This document shows, piece after piece, positions 43,091-52,053 of a DNA stretch of 58,876 nt (positions are counted from its first letter, which is position 1; every line of letters begins with the position of its first letter). The position numbers and the translations under genes were made by a program. The notes under the pieces were generated by a model, which did no database searches, was not told where the DNA came from, and saw only the letters and a list, made by a program, of their open reading frames with translations. Origin of the DNA: an uncultured Alphaproteobacteria bacterium (GTDB taxonomy: Bacteria; Pseudomonadota; Alphaproteobacteria; RF32; CAG-239); contig CAKQRB010000070.1 in NCBI GenBank assembly GCA_934271195.1, positions 1-58,876 of the forward strand, written 5' to 3'.

Positions 43091-44546
43091 TAAGAAATAT
43101 TTTAGCCGGAGGGCTATGGCGGCGTTCATTTTGGGAATGATGTTTTCCGGAAATGTGATGGCAGCCGAAAAAGACTCAACCATAGATTTGGGATTTGACG
43201 ACGAGTTTGGCATTTCTGCCGACGAACTCGGAGGTTCGACTGCTCTCAAACCTCAGCTCAGCATAGATAAAGGCGGATTGCTGGCGCCGGCGCAGGGAAT
43301 TGTTCCCAAAAATGGCGCTTTGCCTAACGGCATAGTTCCGAAAACCGGTGCCGCGCCGATTGTGCCGAAGACAAGCATTGCGCCGAAAACCGGAGAAGCT
43401 CCCATTGTTCCAAAAACGGGCGCTTTGCCTAACGGCATAGTTCCGAAGACCGGTGCCGCGCCGATTGTGTCAAAGACAGGCATCGTGCCGAAAACGGGCG
43501 GACTTTTGCCTCCGGCACAAGATGCCGCTCCCGTTCTGCCGCAGACAACTGCCGCAATGAACGTTTTAGATGAACTTGATGACGAAATTTTCTCCCAGAT
43601 GACCGACATTGAAAAACAGACGGCAATCTTGTCATTGGAATTGCGCAGAGAAAAACTCAAAAACGAAATTGAAGCAATCAAGGCTCAGCGTCTGAAAGCT
43701 CAGAATGAAGTTTTTGAAAAAGAAGAAGCGGAAAAGCTCAAAAAACAGGAATGGGAAAAAGAACAGGAACGCAAAATCATTGAAGAACAGGTTAAACTGC
43801 GTAAGGTTGAGATTGCATATGAAAAAATGCGACAGGAAGATCTTTTGAACGCTTATAAAGAAGAGATGCTGAAAGAACAGCAGCGGTGGATTGAAAACAA
43901 TGCCGGCATTTATGAGCGGATTGCCCATGAGAAGAAAGACCGTGAGGAATTTACTCAGAATGTTAAAGAAAGACTGACTCGTCTGATGGATGCTCTGAAT
44001 AAAGCCAATCATGTCGCTGAAACAGCCGTTGAAAATCATAAAAAAGAGGTTTCGGAATTGCAGACACAGATTTCTATTCTGAAAGCCCGTCTGGAGGCAG
44101 AAAAGAAGACTAATCCGTTTGCTGACGGACAAGCTTTGGTTAATGCCGCTGCAGAACCTGAAGAAGAAAGTGAAGAAGAAATCAGAGTCAGCGACCTTTA
44201 TATAGTTATGGAAATTACCGGTCAGGGTGAAGAACTGGTTGCAAAATTAATGAACCGTGACGGTCAAACCTTCCTGGCAAGAAACGGCACAATGCTGCAA
44301 ACAGGTCAAAAGGTTGATCAGATTACAACAACACATGTCCGTGTTGACAGAGGCGGCATTAAAGATTATCTCTACTTCTCCGCCGGCGGCGTGATTGACA
44401 AAGAACCTATGAACGGTGCCGCAAAGGCAATTGAAAAAGCTGAGGAAGAAAAAAGCAAAGAAAAAACCGCAACGCAAAAGCCCAAAAAATCGGTTGTTTC
44501 CACCCGAGGGATTCCCGGCGTCAACAAAGACATGATATTGAGGTAA
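43080..44546 (+). CDS. PilP-like pilot/alignment protein with an expanded N-terminus (IVPKTGA repeats plus a long coiled coil)
   Basis: GAAGGAG SD before ATG 43080. Signal peptide ...SGNVMA-AE. The C-terminal beta-rich domain VSDLYIVMEITGQGEELVAKLMNRDGQTFLARNGTMLQTGQKVDQITTTHVRVD resembles PilP-family domains. Confidence 0.55.
   Translation: MCYSKKYFSRRAMAAFILGMMFSGNVMAAEKDSTIDLGFDDEFGISADELGGSTALKPQLSIDKGGLLAPAQGIVPKNGALPNGIVPKTGAAPIVPKTSIAPKTGEAPIVPKTGALPNGIVPKTGAAPIVSKTGIVPKTGGLLPPAQDAAPVLPQTTAAMNVLDELDDEIFSQMTDIEKQTAILSLELRREKLKNEIEAIKAQRLKAQNEVFEKEEAEKLKKQEWEKEQERKIIEEQVKLRKVEIAYEKMRQEDLLNAYKEEMLKEQQRWIENNAGIYERIAHEKKDREEFTQNVKERLTRLMDALNKANHVAETAVENHKKEVSELQTQISILKARLEAEKKTNPFADGQALVNAAAEPEEESEEEIRVSDLYIVMEITGQGEELVAKLMNRDGQTFLARNGTMLQTGQKVDQITTTHVRVDRGGIKDYLYFSAGGVIDKEPMNGAAKAIEKAEEEKSKEKTATQKPKKSVVSTRGIPGVNKDMILR
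43299..43500 (+). repeat. In-frame direct repeats encoding IVPKTGA(L/A)P units
   Basis: GGCGCTTTGCCTAACGGCATAGTTCCGAA(A/G)ACCGGTGCCGCGCCGATTGTG occurs at 43314 and 43419, a 105-nt period. Confidence 0.8.
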
Positions 44547-44555
44547 CTTGAAAAA

Positions 44556-46232
44556 ATGGCAGAAGAGGATGGAACAGGTTTAAGCCCCCAAACTCCCGAA
44601 AAAGTAGTCACCAGCGGCGGCGTTATTGAAGAAGAAGCCAGCAAGAAAGCCGGTAAGCGGGTTGAAGACTACTTCCCTCAGGGAGTTACTCTTTTGACAC
44701 TTCCAAACAGCGAAGACTTTATTATTAATGATGATACCCGTCGACTGTTAGCCTTGTTTTCCAACGGGTTGTTTTTGGTATCGGAAACCCACAAGTTTGA
44801 CGGCCGCGTTTTAAGCTTTGAAGTATTGGCCCGCAAAAAAAAGGTTACCATCAACAAGCCGACTTATGTTTCACAAAACGAGTTGAATGCCATTTATACA
44901 TATGGCGAACGCGCAGCCAATGTAGCGGCGGAGGAAGCTGATACGGTCGACCTGACCGCCGACCAAATGCAAATGCAAAAAGACTTTGTGCAGGTGGTAG
45001 AACGTGCCGCAGTCTTAAAAGTGTCCGATATTCATATCGTGGTGGCGGACAGTACGCAGATTTTGTTCCGTATCAACGGTATGATGCAGACAATGATGGA
45101 ATATAACAAAGACTGGGGCGAGGCTTTTGTACGCGCGGCATTTGCATCTTCTGACATTTCTGACGCAAACTATACGCAAAACGAATTTCAGGCCGCGCAA
45201 AAACTCGGTTCAACACCGCTTCGCGGTTCCAAAGGCAAATTAATGCTGCCGCACAACGTGTTGGCTATTCGTCTGCAGTTTAACCCGATTGCTTTCGGTT
45301 CGCAATATCTGGTTATGCGTCTGTTGTACGCCGATGACAATCCCGACGGTTCCGGCGACTTGCAGGCTTTGGGTTTTGGCGAATATGAAGAAAACCTGTT
45401 TTACAGGCTACGCGCCGTGCCTGTCGGCATTTCGATTATTGCCGGCCCGACCGGTTCCGGAAAATCTACAACCTTGCAAAGAAACATGATCAAGCTTTTG
45501 CAGGAAAAGAACTACGAAATTAACCTTCTGACTGTGGAAGACCCGCCTGAATACCCAATTCCGGGAGCACGGCAAATGCCGGTGACCAACGCCAATACCG
45601 AAGAAGAAAAAGACGAACAGTTTAACAAAGCCCTTGCTGCCGCCCTGCGTTCCGACCCTGACGTTATTATGGTAGGCGAGGTGCGTACTCTGGCTGCGGC
45701 ACAGTTAGCGTTTAAAGGCGCATTGTCCGGACACGGTATGTGGACAACCCTGCACGCCAACTCGGCGCCGGCGATTATCACTCGTCTGATGGATATGGGC
45801 GTGGAGTCATTTAAGCTGACCGATCCAGAAATTATGAAAGGCCTGATTTCGCAACGTCTGTTCCGCAAACTTTGCCCGCACTGCCGCGTTTCGGTAAAAG
45901 AGAGGCTTGACCAGCCTTCGGTCAAGCGTTTGAAGACAGCTTTGGGCGATTTTGGAATTGAAAACACCTACATCCGCGGGCCGGGTTGCAAATATTGCGG
46001 CAACCAAGGGGTTAAAGGCCGAATGAGCGTACCGGAGATTATTCTGCCGGATGCTACTTTTCTGGAGCTGATGACAGCCGGCGAAACCAGAAAGGCCATT
46101 GACTACTGGACAGGAGATTTGGGCGGCAGAACATTGCGCGACGCCGCCATTGAGCGTATGCTCAAAGGATATTTGGATTTGGAAGAAATTGAGCGTTGGT
46201 GCGGTTTGCTTGACCAGCGCCCGTCATACTAA
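44556..46232 (+). CDS. pilQ: GspE/PilB-family assembly ATPase (R64 PilQ equivalent)
   Basis: Walker A GPTGSGKST, Asp box TVEDPPEYPI, Walker B DVIMVGEVR, His box GHGMWTTLHANSA, and the tetracysteine motif CPHC...CKYC. Confidence 0.92.
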   Translation: MAEEDGTGLSPQTPEKVVTSGGVIEEEASKKAGKRVEDYFPQGVTLLTLPNSEDFIINDDTRRLLALFSNGLFLVSETHKFDGRVLSFEVLARKKKVTINKPTYVSQNELNAIYTYGERAANVAAEEADTVDLTADQMQMQKDFVQVVERAAVLKVSDIHIVVADSTQILFRINGMMQTMMEYNKDWGEAFVRAAFASSDISDANYTQNEFQAAQKLGSTPLRGSKGKLMLPHNVLAIRLQFNPIAFGSQYLVMRLLYADDNPDGSGDLQALGFGEYEENLFYRLRAVPVGISIIAGPTGSGKSTTLQRNMIKLLQEKNYEINLLTVEDPPEYPIPGARQMPVTNANTEEEKDEQFNKALAAALRSDPDVIMVGEVRTLAAAQLAFKGALSGHGMWTTLHANSAPAIITRLMDMGVESFKLTDPEIMKGLISQRLFRKLCPHCRVSVKERLDQPSVKRLKTALGDFGIENTYIRGPGCKYCGNQGVKGRMSVPEIILPDATFLELMTAGETRKAIDYWTGDLGGRTLRDAAIERMLKGYLDLEEIERWCGLLDQRPSY

Positions 46233-46250
46233 AAACCGGAGTTTGAAATT

Positions 46251-47375
46251 ATGGCAAGAGATGACAGAAGATCAGCCTCATTACAAAAGGTCATGAACCG
46301 CTTGAATGCTGTTGAGATACAGTATGCAAGGCTGATCGTGAACATGTCCAACGGCGCGCGGCTGAAACTTTATCGTAAAATCGCCTCACTGATGCGCAAC
46401 CGCTTTTCTTTGATGGATGCGCTTGATCGTCTGCATGACGGCATTTCCAACGGCGGAAAAAACGCCGGCGAGCCTTTTGCCATTGCCATTGTCGAGTGGT
46501 CTAAAAAACTGCAAAACGGTATTCCGTTTTCCGACGCGCTGAAAGGCTGGGCACCCGACCGCGAAAGGCTGATGCTTTCGGTCGGTGACGTTTCCGACTT
46601 GGAAATGGCGTTATTAAACCTTATCCGTGTGACCGAAGGTTCTGCCAAGATGATACGTCCGATTATCGGCGCCGTTACTTATCCGAGCTTTTTGTTTATG
46701 ATGGCGGTTTTGATTATTTATGCCATCGGCGCTTATATGGTGCCGCCGATGATTGACGCCGCGCCTGATGTGGTCTGGACAGGTCTGGCCAGAGATTTGG
46801 TTGACGTTTCTTACTGGATTAAAGACTACTGGATTATTGCATTTTCGGCTTTGCCGATTATTATGATTGTGATTTACAGTACTATCGGAATTTGGACCGG
46901 TCCGATACGGGCGTTTTTTGACAAATTGCCGCCGTGGTCTTTGTATAAAGTCTTTACCGGTATCAGCTGGCTTTTGGCGCTTTCGGCTCTGGTAAAAGGC
47001 GGAACGCCGGTTTCGACCGCACTCAGGGCGCTGCGGCGGGATTCCAGCCGTTATCTGAAAGAACGCATTGACAAAACGCTGATTTATATTAACGCCGGTG
47101 AAAACCTCGGACAGGCTCTGGCCAAGACGAATTTGGATTTTCCCGATGTTGAGATTATCGGCGACCTTAAAATTTATTCCGAATTGGATAACTTTGAAGA
47201 AGCTCTGGAAAAACTGGCTAATGACTGGCTGGATGAAAGTGTGTACTTGATTGAACAAAAGGCTTCAATCTTAAACATGGTGGCGTTGCTGTCTATCGGC
47301 GGCGTTATCGCCTGGGCAGTTATGGGCACGTTTGAAATGCAAGACCAGATTACCAGCAACATGGGACGCGGTTAA
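46251..47375 (+). CDS. pilR: GspF/PilC-family inner-membrane platform protein (R64 PilR equivalent)
   Basis: 374 aa. Two soluble helical regions alternate with three hydrophobic helices (AVTYPSFLFMMAVLIIYAIGAYMV, IIAFSALPIIMIVIYSTIGIW, ILNMVALLSIGGVIAWAVMG). Directly follows the ATPase gene. Confidence 0.82.
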   Translation: MARDDRRSASLQKVMNRLNAVEIQYARLIVNMSNGARLKLYRKIASLMRNRFSLMDALDRLHDGISNGGKNAGEPFAIAIVEWSKKLQNGIPFSDALKGWAPDRERLMLSVGDVSDLEMALLNLIRVTEGSAKMIRPIIGAVTYPSFLFMMAVLIIYAIGAYMVPPMIDAAPDVVWTGLARDLVDVSYWIKDYWIIAFSALPIIMIVIYSTIGIWTGPIRAFFDKLPPWSLYKVFTGISWLLALSALVKGGTPVSTALRALRRDSSRYLKERIDKTLIYINAGENLGQALAKTNLDFPDVEIIGDLKIYSELDNFEEALEKLANDWLDESVYLIEQKASILNMVALLSIGGVIAWAVMGTFEMQDQITSNMGRG

Positions 47376-47475
47376 CCCGCACGGCGGCGTACGGCTGGTT
47401 GTCCGCTCACTGCTCCAGAGACCGCGATGCTCCGGCGGGGATATGATAGAGGATGTGCTTTGAAGAAGAAGCACT

Positions 47476-47557
47476 GTCATTCTGAGTGCAACGAAGAATC
47501 CAGTTGATTAATAAGGCTAATTTGTTTGACTGGATCCTTCGCTTCGCTCAGGATGAC
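47476..47557. repeat. Imperfect inverted repeat (REP/MITE-like): GTCATTCTGAGTGCAACGAAGAATCC ... GGATCCTTCGCTTCGCTCAGGATGAC
   Basis: Arms at 47476-47501 and 47532-47557 match at 21 of 26 positions when reverse-complemented. A small hairpin GTGCTT..AAGCAC sits just upstream (47454-47474). Confidence 0.65.
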
Positions 47558-47596
47558 GGAGAAAAAGAAAAGAGGATAACAAAAAAGGAAGGAAAA

Positions 47597-48157
47597 ATGG
47601 CAAGTTTATCAGAAAAAATCAAAAAAGTATCACCACAGCGGTGGGTTTTATCAATTCTGATTGTCACCGGTCTTATCGGGCTGATTATGATGACCTTTAA
47701 GACTAATTCAAAAATTGTTAAAGCTGCCCGACAAGTGCCGCAGCTGGCCGCTTCCATTCGTCAAAAATTTCAGATTCGGAGCGATTACCGCGGACTGAAT
47801 ACGACAGAAGTTCTTACGTTGAAAGCAGCGCCGACAGACATGATTGTCGGAAATGAGTTGATAAACGCTCTTAATTTGCCGGTTTTGGTCGGCAACGGCG
47901 CAGACGGCACACCGTTGATGCCGGGAGCAAGACGTTTTAATATTGTATATAAGGGACTGAACAAAAGCGAATGTATCGGTATTGCCACTTATAACAGCAA
48001 TGAAAAAGACCAGCTCGGACTGAATAATATTGTTATTTTATCAGAAAAACATGAAAAAACTTTTGGCTGGGGCGGCACAAACCCGTTGCCGGTCAGTCCT
48101 TCCGAGGCAAAAGACAGCTGCGGAAAAGAGAATATTTTAATCTTCGGGTATGAATAA
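47597..48157 (+). CDS. Pilin-like paralog 1. It lacks the Gly(-1)/Glu(+5) prepilin signature
   Basis: AAGGAAGGA SD before ATG 47597; the listed start 47486 runs through the inverted-repeat element. Hydrophobic helix WVLSILIVTGLIGLIMM. It shares FNIVYKGLNKSECIGIAT and C-terminal LPVSPSEAKDSCGKENILIFGYE with the two downstream pilins. Confidence 0.6.
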   Translation: MASLSEKIKKVSPQRWVLSILIVTGLIGLIMMTFKTNSKIVKAARQVPQLAASIRQKFQIRSDYRGLNTTEVLTLKAAPTDMIVGNELINALNLPVLVGNGADGTPLMPGARRFNIVYKGLNKSECIGIATYNSNEKDQLGLNNIVILSEKHEKTFGWGGTNPLPVSPSEAKDSCGKENILIFGYE

Positions 48158-48330
48158 AGCCGGAATATTTAGGCTTTATTAACGAATAAGTTATATAACC
48201 ATTATATGACGAAAGTAATAGCGCCTTGGTAAAGTTATATATTTTTTTATGACTAAAGTTAAAATTGAATAAAAATAATAATTTTGCTAAGATAAAATTA
48301 TAAACAGAACGTATTTTGAGGAGATGTGTC

Positions 48331-48933
48331 ATGAAAAAGTTTATGAATAGTGAGCAGAGCGGCCGTTCAATGGTCGAGATGCTCGGTGTGCTGGCGATTA
48401 TCGGCGTGCTGTCTGTAGGCGGTATTTCGGGATATTCAAAAGCGATGGCAAAATTTAAATTGTCCAAGGCGATGGATCAGATGTCTATGATGGTGGCCAA
48501 TATCCGTACGACCTATGCGTCTATGGCGACTTATGACGGATTGGGAACAGTTGTTGCACGTTCTTATGGTTTGGCCTCCCGTGATATGTTTGGCCCGGAT
48601 TCAAAAACGGCAGCTAAGGCTCTTGTTAACGCTTTTGGCGGTAGCGTTTTGGTTGGTGCCGTTCAAAATAACAGCATTGACGGTACTGGATTTGCGGTTG
48701 TTTACAACGGACTTGACCGTGAAGCCTGCATGAGTTTGGCTACTGCTGACTGGGGTTCTGCGGGTTTGATAGGAATTACCGTATCAAATACAGCAAATAG
48801 TACCGAGCCTACTGCTTCGACTGCTGCCTCCCCTACTTATACTACAGATAAAATGCCGGTTTCTCTGGCAAATGCTTCAACCTCTTGTTCGGCAAAGACA
48901 GCCGTCAACTCAATTACCTGGTATTATTACTAA
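48331..48933 (+). CDS. Type IV prepilin (major-pilin candidate; R64 PilS position)
   Basis: GAGGAG SD before ATG 48331. The leader MKKFMNSEQSG-RSMVEMLGVLAIIGVLSV has Gly at -1 and Glu at +5. Two conserved Cys (ACMSLAT ... TSCSA) fit a D-region disulfide. A strong terminator follows. Confidence 0.8.
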   Translation: MKKFMNSEQSGRSMVEMLGVLAIIGVLSVGGISGYSKAMAKFKLSKAMDQMSMMVANIRTTYASMATYDGLGTVVARSYGLASRDMFGPDSKTAAKALVNAFGGSVLVGAVQNNSIDGTGFAVVYNGLDREACMSLATADWGSAGLIGITVSNTANSTEPTASTAASPTYTTDKMPVSLANASTSCSAKTAVNSITWYYY

Positions 48934-48957
48934 GGTATAATGGCACATCAAGCAAAG

Positions 48958-48995
48958 GCGCTTTGGCAGAAGACCAAAGCGCTTTTGTTGTTTTA
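48958..48995 (+). terminator. Rho-independent terminator after the prepilin gene
   Basis: GCGCTTTGG (48958-48966) / CCAAAGCGC (48974-48982), followed by TTTTGTTGTTTT. Confidence 0.7.
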
Positions 48996-49365
48996 TGTTT
49001 CACTTATTATTCTTTGTTTTCTCTCTCTTTTTTTCCATAATTTTCAGGCGCCTTTTTAGCTTTTGTCATTCGTGGGCTTTCTTCTTTTGTCATCCCCTTG
49101 CTGTTTTTTACAGTCATCCCCGGGCCAAGCTCGGCAATGACATAAAAATAAAAGAGTCCGCAATGACAAAAAAGACAGCACGAGAATTACAAAGAGAAAA
49201 AAAGGAAAGCAGAAAATAAAGTTTTTTTAAACTGTTAAATATATTTTATACTTTAAGGGTATTAAAAGCTAAAAATATTCGTTTGTTCTTAACTTGAAAG
49301 TTACCTTTATATTATATAATTCAAGATAATAAACGACATTAGCAGCAAACAAAATGAGGAAGATT

Positions 49366-49947
49366 ATGAGAAAGAAAGGTTATTTTGCTGACAAAAAGCA
49401 CAGATTGATTGCCGAACTGGTCGGGCTTCCGGTTTTGGCGCTGGTAATTTATCTTATGGTTTCTTCTTCAATCAGCAGTTCTGCCGAAAAATTTAAGCTG
49501 TCAAAAGCCATTGAAAACCTGCAGACCTTAAACAACAATATTCACACGGCTTATGCCGCGACACCGGACTATTCCGGCATGGATATTGATTCTCTGCGCG
49601 AAACGGCATTGATTCCGGCAAATATGCTTGACAAAGACGGCAATGTGACAAATTCTTACGGCGGATTGGTTTTTATTGCGCCGACAAAGTACCTGAATGT
49701 GGACAACGGCGCTTTTGCAATTATTTATAACGGCCTGAGCAAAAAAGGCTGTGTTTCTTTGCTGTCTACACCGTTTCAGCTCTCCGGTATTGCCGGCGTG
49801 GACATTAAGCCGATTGAAACAGACATTCCGCAGACGGCAGAAACAAAATATGAGAAGTCTGCCCTGCCGATGTCAGAGGAGCTGGCAAGCACGCTCTGCG
49901 AGGCAGAAAACGACCCTACCAACGCCATCATCTGGATGTTTTATTAG
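49366..49947 (+). CDS. Pilin-like paralog 3: Glu(+5) retained, His in place of Gly(-1)
   Basis: GAGGA precedes ATG 49366 (alternative ATG at 49354). KKH-RLIAELVGLPVLALVI aligns with SG-RSMVEMLGVLAIIGVL. It shares KFKLSKA, FAIIYNGLSKKGCVSLLST and ..STLCEAENDPTNAIIWMFY with the prepilin. Confidence 0.65.
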   Translation: MRKKGYFADKKHRLIAELVGLPVLALVIYLMVSSSISSSAEKFKLSKAIENLQTLNNNIHTAYAATPDYSGMDIDSLRETALIPANMLDKDGNVTNSYGGLVFIAPTKYLNVDNGAFAIIYNGLSKKGCVSLLSTPFQLSGIAGVDIKPIETDIPQTAETKYEKSALPMSEELASTLCEAENDPTNAIIWMFY

Positions 49948-49948
49948 T

Positions 49949-50911
49949 TTAATACTCCTGAAACAGGCTCATACCGCGGGCAAGGCGAGTCATTTGGGTT
50001 TCAATTGACGTACCGAGGTTTAATTTGCCGCTTTTGATAATACCGCGTACCTGATCACCGTGCGAAGAGTTCGGGTTGGCAAAGAGGTAGGTCGCCACCG
50101 GTTTTTTTACGCTCGTGCCCATTAATCCCTGATGCAATACGCCGATAATGCCACGGGAGAACAAGTCATAGGCCAGCTCTTCGCTCATTGACGTAGAGGC
50201 CGCGTATTTGACAACGGAATAAATCGCATCGGTAATGTTATTGGCGTGAATGGTCGAAAGCACCAAGTGGCCGGAAGTGGCGGCGCGCAAGACCTCGCTG
50301 GCGGTATCGGGCGTTCTGATCTCTCCTACCAGAATATAGTTTGGTTTTGAACGCAATGCCGATTTTAACGAAGCCCCCCAGTCATCATTCTGCGGCTGTG
50401 TCTGCTTGCACAAGCCCAAGCCGCCTTTGGTGGATTTGTAAATCCCGTCCAGAGGCATTTCGGTCGGGTCTTCAATGGTATAAGCAAAGCCGCCTTCAAT
50501 TGCCAAAAACTCTTTCAACAGAGAAGAAATGGCCGTGGTTTTGCCGGCGCCGGTCGGACCTGACCACAGAATAAGACCGGAAGCGTTTGACAATGACAGC
50601 AGGAACTTGGTTAATTCGTGCGGAAAACCCAAGCTCCCAAAAGGAGGGATTTTCTTCGGCATTTTACGCGCGCAATATTGGGTGCCGTACAGGCTTTCCG
50701 TTCTTTCCACGCGATAAAAAATGTTTTCATAAAGCAGAGAATAAGACGGGTTATGGCCGTCCCATTTTTCTTCCAGCTGTTTGTAAAAAATATCAAAGTC
50801 TTCGGCATCCAAAATTGTCAGGCCATTTTTGGTCTGTCCGTCCGGAATAAACGCAATCCGATCCGGTGTGATGTAAATGTCAGAGAATTTGACATCATTG
50901 ATTTTTACCAT
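49949..50911 (-). CDS. PilT/DotB(TraJ)-family hexameric secretion/retraction ATPase
   Basis: Walker A GPTGAGKTT, TIEDPTE, Walker B ILVGEIR, His box SGHLVLSTIHA. It is 320 aa and convergent with the pilin genes. Confidence 0.85.
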   Translation of the reverse strand: MVKINDVKFSDIYITPDRIAFIPDGQTKNGLTILDAEDFDIFYKQLEEKWDGHNPSYSLLYENIFYRVERTESLYGTQYCARKMPKKIPPFGSLGFPHELTKFLLSLSNASGLILWSGPTGAGKTTAISSLLKEFLAIEGGFAYTIEDPTEMPLDGIYKSTKGGLGLCKQTQPQNDDWGASLKSALRSKPNYILVGEIRTPDTASEVLRAATSGHLVLSTIHANNITDAIYSVVKYAASTSMSEELAYDLFSRGIIGVLHQGLMGTSVKKPVATYLFANPNSSHGDQVRGIIKSGKLNLGTSIETQMTRLARGMSLFQEY

Positions 50912-50976
50912 ATTCTGTCTGCCTTTTGTATTTGTGTTTTTCCCTTTATTATACGCGGCGGAGCGTAAATTTATGG

Positions 50977-52053
50977 TTAACTGCGGCGCTCAAAATTAAT
51001 GCGCGGATCAACCAAAGAATAGGTGATATCCGAAATCAACTTTAGCACCAGCCCCAACAAGGCAAAAATGTATAACGTGCCGAAGATAACCGGATAGTCG
51101 CGGCTCATAATCGCCTCATAGCCCAGAAGTCCAAGACCGTTGAGCGAGAAGACAACCTCAATCAGCAATGCACCGCTGAACAGCATTTTTATCAGCATGG
51201 CCGGAAATCCGGCAATCACAATCAGCATGGCGTTTCTGAACACATGGCGGTACAAGACTTGACTTTCGCTCAGGCCTTTGGCTCGCGCCGTCAGGACATA
51301 GGGTTTGTTAATCTCGTCAAGAAAAGAATTTTTGGTCAGCATGGTCAGACTGGCAAAGCCGCCAATCACCATGGCCAGCACCGGCAGCGTGATATGCCAG
51401 AAATAGTCTGCAATTTTTGCAAAAAATCCTAACTGCTCCCAGTTATCCGAAGTTATGCCCCTCAGCGGAAACCATTGAAAATACGTACCGCCGGCAAAAA
51501 AGACAATCAGAAAAACGGCAAACAAAAATACCGGAACCGCCGAACCGACGACAACAGCAAAAGATGTCCAAATGTCAAAAGGCGAGCCATCGCGGACTGC
51601 TTTTTTGACGCCCAGCGGAATAGCAATCAGATAAATAATCAATGTTGACCACAAGCCCAGAGAAACAGATACCGGCATTCGTTCGCCAATCAGTTTTATG
51701 ACGCTCTTGTCCTGATAAAAGCTTTTGCCGAAGTCAAACAGCAGATAGTCTTTGACCATTTTCAAAAATCGGATATGCGCCGGCTTGTCAAAGCCAAATT
51801 GCTTTTCCAGCTCTTTGACCAGCTCTTCCGGCACGCCCTGCGCGCCCTGATACTGGCTTCCGGCATTGGACATGTTCATTTGTGCCGTCGATGAAAACTG
51901 CGATTTGCCGTCAACGTTAAATCCGCGGTATTTGGCCAGCGTATGTTCTACCGGCCCGCCGGGGGCGAATTGAACAATAATAAAATTGAGCGCCAGAATC
52001 CCCAGCAAAGTCAGCGGAATAAGCAGCAGGCGCTTGATGATATAGTTTTTCAT
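50977..52053 (-). CDS. yejB: ABC peptide/microcin-type importer permease, YejB-like
   Basis: Strong collinear resemblance to E. coli YejB as I recall it: [134 protein letters not shown]. Confidence 0.88.
   Translation of the reverse strand: MKNYIIKRLLLIPLTLLGILALNFIIVQFAPGGPVEHTLAKYRGFNVDGKSQFSSTAQMNMSNAGSQYQGAQGVPEELVKELEKQFGFDKPAHIRFLKMVKDYLLFDFGKSFYQDKSVIKLIGERMPVSVSLGLWSTLIIYLIAIPLGVKKAVRDGSPFDIWTSFAVVVGSAVPVFLFAVFLIVFFAGGTYFQWFPLRGITSDNWEQLGFFAKIADYFWHITLPVLAMVIGGFASLTMLTKNSFLDEINKPYVLTARAKGLSESQVLYRHVFRNAMLIVIAGFPAMLIKMLFSGALLIEVVFSLNGLGLLGYEAIMSRDYPVIFGTLYIFALLGLVLKLISDITYSLVDPRINFERRS

Noticed and set aside
47486-47596. Listed start of the 223-aa ORF (MQRRIQLINKANLFDWILRFAQDDGEKE...)
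   Set aside because: This segment is translated from the inverted-repeat element and a purine-rich tract. A strong SD and ATG at 47597 give a sensible pilin-like N-terminus.
48995-49219. 74-aa ORF (MFHLLFFVFSLFFSIIFRRLFSFCHSW...) in the spacer after the prepilin gene
   Set aside because: It is encoded by CT-rich and GTCAT-repeat debris immediately after a strong terminator. It has no SD and is most likely non-coding.
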